Below the pieces are notes generated by a model, which was not told the DNA's origin, ran no database searches, and saw nothing but the letters and a program-made list of their open reading frames with translations. The translations under genes and the position numbers were made by a program. 64,000 bases of DNA from Candidatus Aegiribacteria sp. (GTDB lineage Bacteria; Fermentibacterota; Fermentibacteria; Fermentibacterales; JCC-6): positions 10,211 to 74,210 of the forward strand of contig JAIOQY010000184.1 in assembly GCA_021108435.1 (NCBI GenBank), in the 5' to 3' direction. Positions 32,009 through 42,709 of this stretch are shown one piece after another (within the stretch, counting starts at the first letter, position 1; each line of letters starts with the position of its first letter).

Positions 32009-34243
32009 TCAGAAGGTTGTCCCAAACTGGAAGTGTGGTTCCCAGCCTCTGTCAGGACCATCAAAACCATATGCGTAATCAAATCCCATTATTCCAAGCA
32101 TGGGGACCTCAATTCTGATACCCATTCCAGCACCCCTGTGAAGATCCGAGAAATCACTGGATGACCAGGAGTTCCACGTGTTACCGGCATCAGCAAATAC
32201 AGACAGCTGCAATTGATCGATGATTCTGAATCTATATTCCGCGCTGAGAATGAGCATTGATCTTCCACCTACTGTTTCAAACCCTTCAACAGCACCTATG
32301 GATCGTGAACCATAACCTCTCACTCCATAGAATCCTGTTCCACCAAGCTCGAACAGCTCATATGCAGGAGGTTCTACTCCGGCAAGTGAAGTAATCACCC
32401 CTGTTCGAGCTCTCATGAAGAAAATGAATTTCCAGAATGAAGGAACATACCAGCTTGAATCCAACAGATACTTCTGGAAACCTATATCTCCACCAATCGC
32501 GCCGCCTGCGAACTCAGCAGTCAAGCTGTTCAAGGATCCGGTTGATGCAAATACCTGTCTGTCGCGACTGTCTCTTGTGAAATTCAATCGAATGCTGCTG
32601 GTCCATCTTGGCCAGTTCTCATCTCGAAGAGAGTAGTAATAACTTGTTGAATCAGTTGTAATGTCGAAGACATTCACTTTCTCAAGAACGTACTTTATCG
32701 ATGCAGAAGAATAATCGATCCATGGCAACGGACGTCCCACAATAACAGCACCGCCTGTTCTGCGTCTGTCGTATTCTGTTCTGCTTTCCGTTGTGTGGAA
32801 CAGCTCACCGCCAAGAGAAAGAGGTGTATCCATAAACCATGGTTCTGTGAATGTGACATGGATATCCTGTTTTTTCTTCGAGAACTGGTAGTTGAGCGTT
32901 ATATCCTGCCCGCGTCCAAAAAGGTTGGTTTCTCCCAGTTCAACGAATCCACTGAAGCCGTCACTGCCCCCGTACGCGGCTCCGACTCCAGCTTTCCCGG
33001 TCGTTTTCTCCTCGACACTGATCATAAGATCAACATCCGGAGAATTATCTATATATTGAAAATCAACATTTACATTACTGAAGTAATTTGTGTAGAAGAT
33101 ATTCCTGTAACTTCTCATCAGTGCAGACCTCTGGAACATGTCGCCAGGAAAGACTATCAGTTCTCTTCTGATAACATTATCCAGCGTTCTTGTATTTCCC
33201 GAGATATCCACTCTGCGAATATGAGCCCTCTCTCCTTCCTGAATAAGGAAAGAGATATCAAGTGAATTCAGATGTTCATCTTCTGTTACGACAGGCTCTA
33301 TTCCAGCATAGAAGTATCCTCTCTCCTGGAAAAGCTCATACAGGGTGAAAAGAGAGGAATCCAGCTTTTCCTGATCGAACTCATCACCATTTTTAATATC
33401 AAGTACAGATACAAGCACTGAATCGGAAAAGACTTCATTACCGGAGAATGATACATCACCGAATGTGAAATATTCTCCTTCTTCAACGGTAATCTCAAAT
33501 CTCAGGTGACGCCCATCTTCCAGCATGGATCGCTGTATATCCAGAATCTTTGCATAAGGATATCCATGATTCTGGTAGTAAACCACTACTGTATCAAGAT
33601 CTGCCTCGAAGTCACTTTCTCTGAATCTACCGGACCTCCAGAATGAGTCCTGTCTCGTATCCATCTGTCCTCGAAGCTTAGCATCATTAAATACGGTATT
33701 CCCGAAAAAGTCAATCTCTCCTACTCTGATATCAGGTCCCTCATCGCACTCAAACAGCAGGATACTCCGGTTACCTGTATCAGGATCAAGCCATCTTGGA
33801 TTAACGGTTGCCTCATGCCTGTGTTTTTCCGCATAGAAATGCAAAACTATCCTGCGAGCACTCTCAACCTGCCCCGGAGAGACAGTCTGACCGGGAAAAA
33901 ACGAAAGTGAATCAAGTACATCATTTTCTTTCAAATGACCGGGATTGCTGAATTCGATTCCACTGAGCAACCGATTCTCATTGATCATAATAAGTACATC
34001 AGCAAAACCATCAACAGTATCAGCCTGAATTTCTATACTGCCGAAATATCCGAGATTGAACAGATCTGAAGTTCCACGTTGAATAGCCCTGCTCGTAAAG
34101 GTATCTCCGGGATTCATCCCGAAGACACGTAAGATCAGGCTGTCACTAACAAAGGAGTTGCCGATTACATCTATCGATCTTACTTCAAGAGCGAACGATA
34201 CTGATATCAGGGCAACAAGAAGAATTATGAAGTTATATCTCAA
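32009..34243 (-). CDS. bamA: outer-membrane protein assembly factor BamA
   Basis: Signal peptide, POTRA repeats (VRSIDVIGNSFVSD..., IGEIDFFGNTVFND..., FGDVSFSGNEVFSD..., IRRVDISGNTRTLD...), and a C-terminal 16-strand barrel ending ...WEPHFQFGTTF. Confidence 0.93.
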   Translation of the reverse strand: MRYNFIILLVALISVSFALEVRSIDVIGNSFVSDSLILRVFGMNPGDTFTSRAIQRGTSDLFNLGYFGSIEIQADTVDGFADVLIMINENRLLSGIEFSNPGHLKENDVLDSLSFFPGQTVSPGQVESARRIVLHFYAEKHRHEATVNPRWLDPDTGNRSILLFECDEGPDIRVGEIDFFGNTVFNDAKLRGQMDTRQDSFWRSGRFRESDFEADLDTVVVYYQNHGYPYAKILDIQRSMLEDGRHLRFEITVEEGEYFTFGDVSFSGNEVFSDSVLVSVLDIKNGDEFDQEKLDSSLFTLYELFQERGYFYAGIEPVVTEDEHLNSLDISFLIQEGERAHIRRVDISGNTRTLDNVIRRELIVFPGDMFQRSALMRSYRNIFYTNYFSNVNVDFQYIDNSPDVDLMISVEEKTTGKAGVGAAYGGSDGFSGFVELGETNLFGRGQDITLNYQFSKKKQDIHVTFTEPWFMDTPLSLGGELFHTTESRTEYDRRRTGGAVIVGRPLPWIDYSSASIKYVLEKVNVFDITTDSTSYYYSLRDENWPRWTSSIRLNFTRDSRDRQVFASTGSLNSLTAEFAGGAIGGDIGFQKYLLDSSWYVPSFWKFIFFMRARTGVITSLAGVEPPAYELFELGGTGFYGVRGYGSRSIGAVEGFETVGGRSMLILSAEYRFRIIDQLQLSVFADAGNTWNSWSSSDFSDLHRGAGMGIRIEVPMLGIMGFDYAYGFDGPDRGWEPHFQFGTTF

Positions 34244-36720
34244 TTCTCGACTCTTCCATGTATTGTGTTCATGTTAATCTCTTCTGTATCTGTACTTTGA
34301 GATTCGGAAATCCTGAACAGAATCCGATTCTCTTCTCTTACTGCAAGCACTGAATCACCTGAAGAAAATTCGTTTCTTAGTATTGCGTCAGTCAGAGGAT
34401 CTTCAAGGAGTCTTCTGATTGTTCTTCTGATATGCCTGGCGCCTGCCTCTGGATCGTAACCAGCTTCAGTTATCAGAGTTAATGCTTCAGGTGAAAGTGA
34501 AAGTGAGATGCCCAGTTCAGAAAGCCTCTCTTCAACAGCACACATCTGAAGATTCACAATCTGTTCCATATCGTTGAATTCCAGTGGATTGAACACGACA
34601 ATCTCATCAAGTCTGTTTAGAAATTCAGGATTGAAGCGATTCCTGAGAGCATCAAGAACAATACCGTCTTTGCGTTCAGCTTCTGAATCCTTATCATCGG
34701 ATGAAAATCCCAACCTGCTTCCTGAAGCGAGATTCCGGGAAGCGATGTTGCTTGTCATGATCAGTATTGTATTTGTGAAATCAATCTCTCTTCCATAATT
34801 ATCAGTCATGCGGCCATAATCCATAACCTGAAGCAGCATGTTATAAAGATCAGTGTGAGCTTTCTCTATCTCATCAAGAAGTACAATGGAATAAGGTCTT
34901 CGACGGACTTTTTCAGTCAGTTGTCCACCCTCATCATATCCGACATAGCCAGGAGGAGCTCCTACAAGCCTTGAACCGGCGAAGCTCTCCTGGAATTCAG
35001 ACATATCAATACGGATCAGTGCGGATGGATCTCCAAAAACCATTTCAGCCAGAATCCTTGCGGTTTCAGTTTTTCCAACCCCTGAAGGACCAAGAAACAG
35101 GAAAGTTCCAGCAGGTCTGTCTATGTCCCTCAGACCGACACGGCTCCGTCTGATCGCCCCGGATATTGTACTGATCGCTTCCGACTGGCCCACAATCCTC
35201 AAAGCAAGGCGTTCCTCAAGATCAAGCAGCCCCACAGTCTCGCTTTTGCCTACCCTGCTGACTGGAATACCTGTCATGTCGGCTACTACTTCCGCTACCT
35301 GATCTTCTGAAACCGGCGCGATCTGAATCTCCGACAGCCACGCTGATCGAGTTTCAGCCAGTTTCTTCTCGAGTGATTCCATCTGTTCCCGAAACGAAAG
35401 AACAACTTCAAAATCATCCTTCCGGGATGCATCCTGTTTCAGGTTCCTGAGGTCACTCACTTCATCCATTATTTCCTGTATGTGATGCGGTATCCTGTAA
35501 TGGAATACTCTGTTCTTGGATCCTGCTTCATCCATTACATCGATAGCCTTATCCGGAAGAAATCTTCCGCTTATGTATCTTGCGGCAAGCCTGGCACACG
35601 CCTGAATAGCTTCATCAGTATATGTGGTCCCGTGATGCTCCTCGTACCTGCGCCTGAGACCTTCCAATATCTTAATGGTTTCCGATACTCCTGGCGGATT
35701 TACAGGAACAGGCTGGAAACGTCTTTCAAGAGCTCCATCCTTTTCAATACGTTTTCTGTATTCGTCAAGCGTAGTAGCTCCAATACACTGGAGTTCTCCT
35801 CTTGCCAGAGCCGGTTTCAGTAAATTAGCAGCATCAAGCGCACCTTCAGCAGCACCTGCTCCAACCAGAACATGCACCTCATCGATAAAGAGAATAATAT
35901 CTCCGGATTCAGTAACTTCATTAAGCAGTTTTTTCAACCTTTGTTCAAACTGGCCTCGATACTTCGTCCCGGCTACAACGGCTGCCATATCAAGAGCAAG
36001 AACGCGTTTTCCAGCCAGAAGATCAGGTGTTTTTCCGGATGCAATCAATCCGGCAAGCCCCTCAACAATAGCTGTCTTCCCGACACCTGGCTCGCCAATA
36101 AGGATTGGATTTGATTTCTTTCTTCTGCACAAAACCTGCATGATTCTGTTTATCTGCTGTTCTCTGCCTATAACAGGATCAAGATTGCCTTCTCGAGCCA
36201 GCTTTGTCAGATCCCTGCAGAAGTAATCAATTCCCGGTATTTCCTGAGCCTGTTTCTGTTTTAATTCACTATCGGATTCGATATGCAGGGGAAGCTCAGC
36301 GGCTGCATCTTCGGCAGCTTTCTGGAACACTCCCTTCTCGCGAAGTATACTGGAAGCCTGACAGTTTCCTACAGACAAAAGTCCCAGGAGAAGATGATGT
36401 GTGCCTGTTGCGGGTGCACCGCTGCTAACAGCTTTTCTCACCGCTTCGCGCCTGACCAGTCTGGCCTTGGTTGTCCATCCGATCTCTCTGAGATTTATTT
36501 CATTTGCAACAGGGCGGCGCATAAGGTTTTCAAGACGGGTTCTGAGCACACCGATTCTTACACCCAGTTCATGAAGTATGATCAGCGCTGCTGAACCTCT
36601 AACAGAAATCAGACCGAACAGAATATGTTCCGAGGTAACTTTGCTCTGTCCAGACTTCTCAGCTTCCTTTACCGATATCTCAAGAGCGGCCCTTGCCTTT
36701 TCAGTCAGATTTTCCGGCAC
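34240..36720 (-). CDS. clpC: ClpC-type AAA+ unfoldase (Clp ATPase subunit)
   Basis: GTG start after GGAGGAGGGG. Two Clp_N repeats, Walker A GEPGVGKT and GPSGVGKT, and a short middle domain (826 aa, so not ClpB). Confidence 0.88.
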   Translation of the reverse strand: MPENLTEKARAALEISVKEAEKSGQSKVTSEHILFGLISVRGSAALIILHELGVRIGVLRTRLENLMRRPVANEINLREIGWTTKARLVRREAVRKAVSSGAPATGTHHLLLGLLSVGNCQASSILREKGVFQKAAEDAAAELPLHIESDSELKQKQAQEIPGIDYFCRDLTKLAREGNLDPVIGREQQINRIMQVLCRRKKSNPILIGEPGVGKTAIVEGLAGLIASGKTPDLLAGKRVLALDMAAVVAGTKYRGQFEQRLKKLLNEVTESGDIILFIDEVHVLVGAGAAEGALDAANLLKPALARGELQCIGATTLDEYRKRIEKDGALERRFQPVPVNPPGVSETIKILEGLRRRYEEHHGTTYTDEAIQACARLAARYISGRFLPDKAIDVMDEAGSKNRVFHYRIPHHIQEIMDEVSDLRNLKQDASRKDDFEVVLSFREQMESLEKKLAETRSAWLSEIQIAPVSEDQVAEVVADMTGIPVSRVGKSETVGLLDLEERLALRIVGQSEAISTISGAIRRSRVGLRDIDRPAGTFLFLGPSGVGKTETARILAEMVFGDPSALIRIDMSEFQESFAGSRLVGAPPGYVGYDEGGQLTEKVRRRPYSIVLLDEIEKAHTDLYNMLLQVMDYGRMTDNYGREIDFTNTILIMTSNIASRNLASGSRLGFSSDDKDSEAERKDGIVLDALRNRFNPEFLNRLDEIVVFNPLEFNDMEQIVNLQMCAVEERLSELGISLSLSPEALTLITEAGYDPEAGARHIRRTIRRLLEDPLTDAILRNEFSSGDSVLAVREENRILFRISESQSTDTEEINMNTIHGRVEN

Positions 36721-36853
36721 TTACCCCTCCTCCTGTTAATTCGCGAGTTCTGAAACACATCTATCCGGCTTGGTTGCTATTGTTCCTGACGTATGATAAT
36801 GATTACCCTGACCATAATAAAGATAACCATGGTGAAGGAACTCTGCAATCTCA

Positions 36854-37531
36854 TTATACAAGAATTCCATCCTCCAGAGTCAATTTCCTGTGAGCTCTGT
36901 CAGCGAGTTCAATACTGTGAGTGGCAATAATAAATGCCTGATTTCTCTTTTCGGCCAGTTCCAGTATCATATTTTCTACCCGTATACTGTTTTCAGCATC
37001 AAGGTTGCCTGTGGGTTCATCGGCCAGGACTACTGAAGGAGATAGAATAAGTGCTCTGGCTACAGCTGCCCTCTGACGTTCTCCTCCTGAAGCTTCGGAG
37101 GGAAAGTGCTCGCTCCTGCCCAGAATACCTACTTCATCAAGTAACTGCTCAGCTATTTCAAGCGCGTCTTTTCTGGAATTCCCGGCAAGCATTGAGGGCA
37201 TAGCTACGTTCTCAAGCAGAGTAAACTCATCAAGAAGGTGATGAAACTGAAACACAAAACCAAGTGCCTGATTTCTGATCCTTGCTCTTCCGCTTTCATT
37301 AACATCCCAGACGTTCGTTCCACTGACAGTTACAACACCTCTATCCGGACGGTCAAGCACCCCGCAGACATGAAGGAAAGTACTTTTTCCGGATCCACTC
37401 GGACCAACCAGGGAAACCACCTCACCTGCTTTTATCGAGAGGCAGGCTCCTCTGAGAATGGAAAGGAACGTAGCTTCAATCCCGTAGGATTTCCAGATAT
37501 CTGTTGCTGACAGAACTATTTCCTTACTCAT
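36854..37531 (-). CDS. lolD: lipoprotein-releasing ABC transporter ATP-binding protein
   Basis: Walker A GPSGSGKST, signature ASGGERQR, Walker B VVLADEPTGNLD. Overlaps the upstream FtsX-type permease gene. Confidence 0.85.
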   Translation of the reverse strand: MSKEIVLSATDIWKSYGIEATFLSILRGACLSIKAGEVVSLVGPSGSGKSTFLHVCGVLDRPDRGVVTVSGTNVWDVNESGRARIRNQALGFVFQFHHLLDEFTLLENVAMPSMLAGNSRKDALEIAEQLLDEVGILGRSEHFPSEASGGERQRAAVARALILSPSVVLADEPTGNLDAENSIRVENMILELAEKRNQAFIIATHSIELADRAHRKLTLEDGILV

Positions 37532-38774
37532 ACCTTACCGCCTTTGATGGAGATACCGAAAGCGAATAAACAGCTGGGATCAAAGATGCAAGTAAACAGG
37601 CAAACACTGTAGCTCCCCCTATACACAGGATAAGGACAGGCTGTATCTCACCTGGAAGAACATCAATCCAGTATACACTGCCTTCAAGTCTGATTGGAAA
37701 TACTGTATTGATTATAAGAACAGTCATGACAGCAAAAAGAGAACCAGTCAGCGCACCGGCCAGACCTATAATTCCGCCCTGCGTCAGACCTGTGGCAAGT
37801 ACCGCTCCCGGTGAAGCACCCATGGCTCGCAATACACCTGTATCTCTCCTGTGTTCCAGTGCTATCATGTTAAGAGCGCTAAGCAGATTCAACAGAGCTA
37901 CGACGCTGATCAGAGCAAGTACAATTGACATGCCTGTTTTTTCCAGGCCCAGAGCAGCGAACAGATTTTTGTGCCGTGAGATGAACGCATCACAGACCAT
38001 GTAATTACATTCATCACCTATGTAGGAAGCTCTTAGAATGGCTGATACTTTTTCAGCAGTATGCAGGGGATCATATCCAGGCACTATTCCAACGCTCAAT
38101 GATGTAGCAGTAATATCTTCCCTGAATAACAATGAAGCAGTTACCAGATCAGTGAGAATAATTGAAGAATTGTATTCATCGATACCAAAATTTATCACAG
38201 CGGATACTCTCACGGGAATAATAGTATCGACAAGCAATCTGCCCATCGAAGAGAATTCAGTGACGTCGGTAGAAGCGAATCTGATCGAATCACCAGCGGA
38301 TACTCCAAGCCTTGTCGCAAGAATGTGCCCCAGAACGGCTCCTCTTCCTGTTATGTTCATTCCATCAAGTCTGTCGCTTGAAATCAGATGTGGTTCAACA
38401 TCCCAGTCAATTCCCCTTACGCGAATGCCAGCAACATCTCCGCTGTTTCCGGCTGCTACAACTGTTTTCTCCAGAACGGCTGATACACCGTAGAGTTCAT
38501 CCAGCGAATCCGCAAGATTCTCCACAAAAAAAAGATCGGTTTCCTCAACAGGATATCCTCCAGGTGCCCTCACCTCAAGTGGAGGTTGAATTGCTGCAAG
38601 ATGCTCCATGATAGTTCCGGAGAAACCATCCATGAAGGCGTGGAGAATTAACAATGCGGCTACACCGATTGCAATACCGGTTATTGATAAAAGAGATACT
38701 GTTCTGACAAAGCCTGAATTTGATCTGCTGAGTATCTGTCTCCAGGCAATGCGCAGAATCAGAGAATAATTCAC
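37524..38774 (-). CDS. LolC/LolE-family (FtsX-like) lipoprotein-release permease
   Basis: MacB/FtsX topology: TM1, a large periplasmic domain, then three C-terminal TM helices. 416 aa, paired with lolD. Confidence 0.8.
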   Translation of the reverse strand: MNYSLILRIAWRQILSRSNSGFVRTVSLLSITGIAIGVAALLILHAFMDGFSGTIMEHLAAIQPPLEVRAPGGYPVEETDLFFVENLADSLDELYGVSAVLEKTVVAAGNSGDVAGIRVRGIDWDVEPHLISSDRLDGMNITGRGAVLGHILATRLGVSAGDSIRFASTDVTEFSSMGRLLVDTIIPVRVSAVINFGIDEYNSSIILTDLVTASLLFREDITATSLSVGIVPGYDPLHTAEKVSAILRASYIGDECNYMVCDAFISRHKNLFAALGLEKTGMSIVLALISVVALLNLLSALNMIALEHRRDTGVLRAMGASPGAVLATGLTQGGIIGLAGALTGSLFAVMTVLIINTVFPIRLEGSVYWIDVLPGEIQPVLILCIGGATVFACLLASLIPAVYSLSVSPSKAVRYE

Positions 38775-40234
38775 TTGTTCTGCCGCCGTAGATTAGGGAA
38801 AAAGATCGTATCTCTGATCTTGCTTGTTCCTGTTAAAAGCATGACGAGACGATCAATACCAATCCCCATCCCTCCGGCTGGAGGCATCCCGGTTTCCAGT
38901 GCGAAAAGGAACTCTTCATCAACCGAACCCTCCCGATGAACACTGGCTTCAGCCTGCTCCTCAAGAATTTGCCTCTGAAGAATCGGATTGTTCTGTTCAC
39001 TGAAAGCATTCGCAAGTTCCAGACCAAGCACAAAGGCTTCAAATCTTTCAGTCACACCAGGTGAACCGGGTTTACCCTTCGCGAGAGGTGAGAGAGCTTC
39101 CGGATAATCAACAACAAAAGTGGGCTGCTCAATTCTGTCAGCCACATAGAAATCAAAAAGTTTATCAAGAAGTGTGATTCTGTCTTTTGCAGGCGTAGTA
39201 ATACCATTCTTCTGAGCGAGCGCTTCAAGATCTTCCGGTTCCCAGGAGAAGAGATCTTCTCCGCTAGCCTTCAAAAGGGAATCAATGAATCCTATCCTCC
39301 TGAACGGTGGGGAAAGATGAATCAGAGTTCCCTGATATTCAAGATCTGATCCGATTCCTGAAACCCCAGCAGCAGTAATGACCATTTCCTCGAATCGAGT
39401 CATCATTACATTGTAATCCGCATAAGCCTCGTACATTTCGAGTTGTGTAAATTCAGGACTGTGCGTCCTGTCGATTCCTTCATTCCTGAAATCTTTTCCC
39501 AGCTCGTAGACTCTATCAATTCCACTGACAAGGAGACGTTTAAGATACAGCTCTTTGGCGATTCGCAGAAAGAATGTTTCATTCATGCTGCTATAGTGTG
39601 TTTTGAATGGTTCCGCTGCAGCACCACCGTAAATAGACTGTAATACAGGAGTTTCAACTTCCAGGAAATCATTTGAATCGAGGTATGATCTGAGTGAGGA
39701 TATTATCCTGCTCCTCTTTCTGAATCTTTCGAGAGAATCGGGGTTTATCAGAAGATCAACACATCTGTGCCGATAAAGGTAATCACTGTCGGTAACCTCG
39801 TCGTGAGCTACTCCCTCTGAATCAATCTTAACGACAGGTAGCTGTCTGAGACTCTTGCTCAGCAAAGTCAGATCGGCACACTTGACAGTCAATTCGCCCA
39901 ATCTGGTTGTGAAGATTGACCCGTTAACCTGGATTATATCTCCAAGATCAAGAATACCGACAACAGACCAGGCCTTCTCATCAAGAACATTCCTGCTCAG
40001 ATAAAGCTGAATGGAACCTGTGCCGTCGCGAAGATCAGCGAAGACTGTTTTGCCATGTTCTCTTTTCCCTGTGATCCTTCCAGTAACGAATATGTCTTCC
40101 TCTGTTTCTCCTTTATCTCTGGCTTCCTTCATGGAGAATGATTTATGGCTTCTTGGGGGATAGGGATCAATCGAAAATTCCGATTGAAGTTTTTCAAGCT
40201 TGCTTCTTCTCAGATTCTGCTGTTCATCACTCAT
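38771..40234 (-). CDS. lysS: lysyl-tRNA synthetase (class II)
   Basis: N-terminal OB fold (VTGRITGKREHGKTVFADLRDGTGSIQLY) and class II motifs (DFRNEGIDRTHSPEFTQLE, GMGIGIDRLVMLLTG). Conserved prfB-lysS operon order. Confidence 0.95.
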   Translation of the reverse strand: MSDEQQNLRRSKLEKLQSEFSIDPYPPRSHKSFSMKEARDKGETEEDIFVTGRITGKREHGKTVFADLRDGTGSIQLYLSRNVLDEKAWSVVGILDLGDIIQVNGSIFTTRLGELTVKCADLTLLSKSLRQLPVVKIDSEGVAHDEVTDSDYLYRHRCVDLLINPDSLERFRKRSRIISSLRSYLDSNDFLEVETPVLQSIYGGAAAEPFKTHYSSMNETFFLRIAKELYLKRLLVSGIDRVYELGKDFRNEGIDRTHSPEFTQLEMYEAYADYNVMMTRFEEMVITAAGVSGIGSDLEYQGTLIHLSPPFRRIGFIDSLLKASGEDLFSWEPEDLEALAQKNGITTPAKDRITLLDKLFDFYVADRIEQPTFVVDYPEALSPLAKGKPGSPGVTERFEAFVLGLELANAFSEQNNPILQRQILEEQAEASVHREGSVDEEFLFALETGMPPAGGMGIGIDRLVMLLTGTSKIRDTIFFPNLRRQNK

Positions 40235-40236
40235 AA

Positions 40237-41341
40237 TTACTGACCGTTCTTTCTGAGATATTCTTCAATAAACTCCTGTATATCACCTGAGAGAATATTA
40301 TCAATATTCGATGTTTCCATACCGGTTCTGTGATCCTTCACCATTTTGTAGGGATGCATTACATAAGATCTTATCTGATTGCCCCAGGAAACATCCTTTT
40401 TTGTTTTTTCCATTTCCGCCTTCTCTTCCCGGCGTTTTTCCTGTTCAAGTTCATACAGGCGAGCCCGGAGAATTCTTCTTGCCACTTCTCTGTTCCTGAA
40501 CTGAGATCGCTGATTCTGGCACGTGACAGCGATTCCAGTCGGAATATGCGTCATTCTCACAGCTGAATCTGTTTTATTAACGTGCTGGCCGCCGGCTCCG
40601 CTTGCCCTGAAAGTATCTACTCTTATTTCATCATCATTTAGTTCAATCTCAATGGTATCATCAAGATCAGGAAGCGGAAATATCGAAGCAAAACTGGTAT
40701 GCCTCCTATGATTCTGATCAAAGGGAGATTTTCTTACGAGCCTGTGGATTCCACCTTCAGCACTAAGATACCCGTAAGCCCATGGTCCCTTTATTGATAG
40801 AATCGCTTCTCTGATTCCACCCTCAACACCACCCTCACTCATACTCAGTATATCAACATTAAATTCCTGCTTTTCAGCCCAGTAAATGTACATCTTCATC
40901 AGCATTTCAGCCCAGTCCTGACTATCCTGCCCGCCGGCACCGGACCGAATTGTCAGTATAGCATCATTCCTGTCGTTAGGACCTGACAGCATCTGCATGA
41001 AATCAAGACGGTTCAGTCTTCCGTTCACCCATGTCAGATTAACCGAGCATTCCCTTTCCAGTTCTTCATCAGGATCATTTGAAAGCAGTTCGACTGCAAT
41101 CTCCACATTCTCCAGTTTGTTCTCAACTTCTCGAATAGGATTGATCCGGGCCTGGATCTGCTTATGCTCATTTATGATCTTAAGAGCAGCTTCCTTGCTA
41201 TCCCAGAATCCAGGTTCAGCCATGATTTTGTTGAGTTTCTTATCATTGGAAACAAGCAAAGGGAAGTCAAAGACACTCCTTGAGTCTGGTGAGTCTCTCA
41301 AATGCTTTTTTGTAAACTGATCGTAAATCTTCGACTGTCAT
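40237..41341 (-). CDS. prfB: peptide chain release factor 2, requires programmed +1 frameshift
   Basis: ORF0 is [24 protein letters not shown], ending in CTT TGA C (41272-41266). The +1 frame continues [23 protein letters not shown]... RF2-specific SPF (RKSPFDQ) and GGQ ([11 protein letters not shown]) motifs are present. Confidence 0.95.
41266..41281 (-). other. RF2 autoregulatory +1 frameshift site
   Basis: AAG GAG TGT CTT TGA C: an internal SD-like AGGAG 3 nt upstream of the CUU UGA C slippery/stop context. Same architecture as E. coli prfB. Confidence 0.9.
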
Positions 41342-41423
41342 CTGAACCTTTCATTATATCATATTTAGAAACTGTTCTCTCGAATCGCTGGAATATAAAG
41401 CTTTTCAAACTGAATCAGTAAGG

Positions 41424-41452
41424 TTGACCCACAGGCAATACAGAATTATTCT
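41424..41452 (+). promoter_or_regulatory. candidate sigma70-type promoter for the antiporter/EIIA pair
   Basis: TTGACC (41424-41429), 17 nt, then TATTCT (41447-41452). Followed by GGAGG and the ATG at 41475. Confidence 0.3.
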
Positions 41453-41474
41453 GAGGGCTTCTTCAGGAGGTTAG

Positions 41475-42707
41475 ATGTTTTCAGATATATCGGGTTACGT
41501 GCTGGAACTGCGTGAAGCTTTCAGCACACATATTGTATTCGGAGTCGGGATTCTTCTCATGGGCAGCTATTTCATGGGCAGGTTCGCGGAAAAAGTGCGG
41601 CTTCCGGCTATCACCGGCTTCATACTTGCAGGCCTTCTCCTTGGTCCTTCATGTATCGGTCTTGTGCATGAAGACCTTGACGAAACCCTTGCTTCGATAA
41701 CCGAGATCGCCCTGGCACTTATCGCCCTGGTTATTGGAAGTGAGTTCAGCCTGAAGAAACTCAGAACCATCGGCAGACCGGTGGTAATCATTACACTGTT
41801 CCAGCTTTTCGGTGCATTCATACTTGTTACGACCGGTCTCGTTATTGCAGGAATGAGGCTGGAATTCGCAGCAATTCTGGGAGCCATAGCATCTGCAACG
41901 GCACCGGCAGCAACGGTCGCGATTATCAGAGAACTCAAGGCAAGGGGACCTTTTGTGGATTACCTGTATGGAGTCGTAGCTCTTGATGACGCAGGATGCG
42001 TATTACTCTTCGCAGCTGTTACTGCTATTGCCGGTAATTCCCTGGGATCAGCTGCCGGTCTTGTTCATTCGGTTTTCCATGCTGTTATTGAGATCTTCTC
42101 ATCACTTGTACTCGGGGCATCAGCAGGATGGCTCCTGCATTTCCTGACCCGAAAAAGAAGAAGAACCAATGAAATCCTGATAATTTTACTCGGGGTCATA
42201 CTCATTCTTTCAGCAGTCTGTAACAGTTTCCATCTCAGCGCACTTCTTGCCAGTATGGCGGCTGGTGCTGTTATGGCGAATCTGTCAAGGAAAACCCATC
42301 GGATAATAAATACCCTTGACTCGATTTCCCCCCCCCTGTACGCAGCGTTTTTTGCGATTGCAGGTACCGAACTGAGTATGTCCGTCATGACCTCGCCACA
42401 TATCCTGCTTATGGGCGGAATCTTCGTTCTGGCCAGGGCTGCGGGAAAGATTGCAGGAGTACATATCGGAGCATCGGCAGCTCATTCGGATCCTATAATT
42501 AAGAAATATCTCGGTTATGGAATGCTTCCACAGGCCGGAGTAGCCATAGGTCTTGTACTATTTCTTGATACGATGCCATATTTTGCACTGAATCGAGAGA
42601 TCACCGCCACTCTGATAAACATTGTGCTGTTCTCTGTACTTTTTAATGAACTTACCGGACCGCCGTTTTCAAGATATTCCGTGGTGCACGGCGCCAAATT
42701 GGAGTAA
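41475..42707 (+). CDS. CPA2-type cation:proton antiporter (Kef/NapA-like membrane domain only, no RCK/KTN domain)
   Basis: RLPAITGFILAGLLLGPSCIGL is the typical Na_H_Exchanger N-terminus. About 12 TM helices, 410 aa. Confidence 0.85.
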   Translation: MFSDISGYVLELREAFSTHIVFGVGILLMGSYFMGRFAEKVRLPAITGFILAGLLLGPSCIGLVHEDLDETLASITEIALALIALVIGSEFSLKKLRTIGRPVVIITLFQLFGAFILVTTGLVIAGMRLEFAAILGAIASATAPAATVAIIRELKARGPFVDYLYGVVALDDAGCVLLFAAVTAIAGNSLGSAAGLVHSVFHAVIEIFSSLVLGASAGWLLHFLTRKRRRTNEILIILLGVILILSAVCNSFHLSALLASMAAGAVMANLSRKTHRIINTLDSISPPLYAAFFAIAGTELSMSVMTSPHILLMGGIFVLARAAGKIAGVHIGASAAHSDPIIKKYLGYGMLPQAGVAIGLVLFLDTMPYFALNREITATLINIVLFSVLFNELTGPPFSRYSVVHGAKLE

Positions 42708-42709
42708 TA

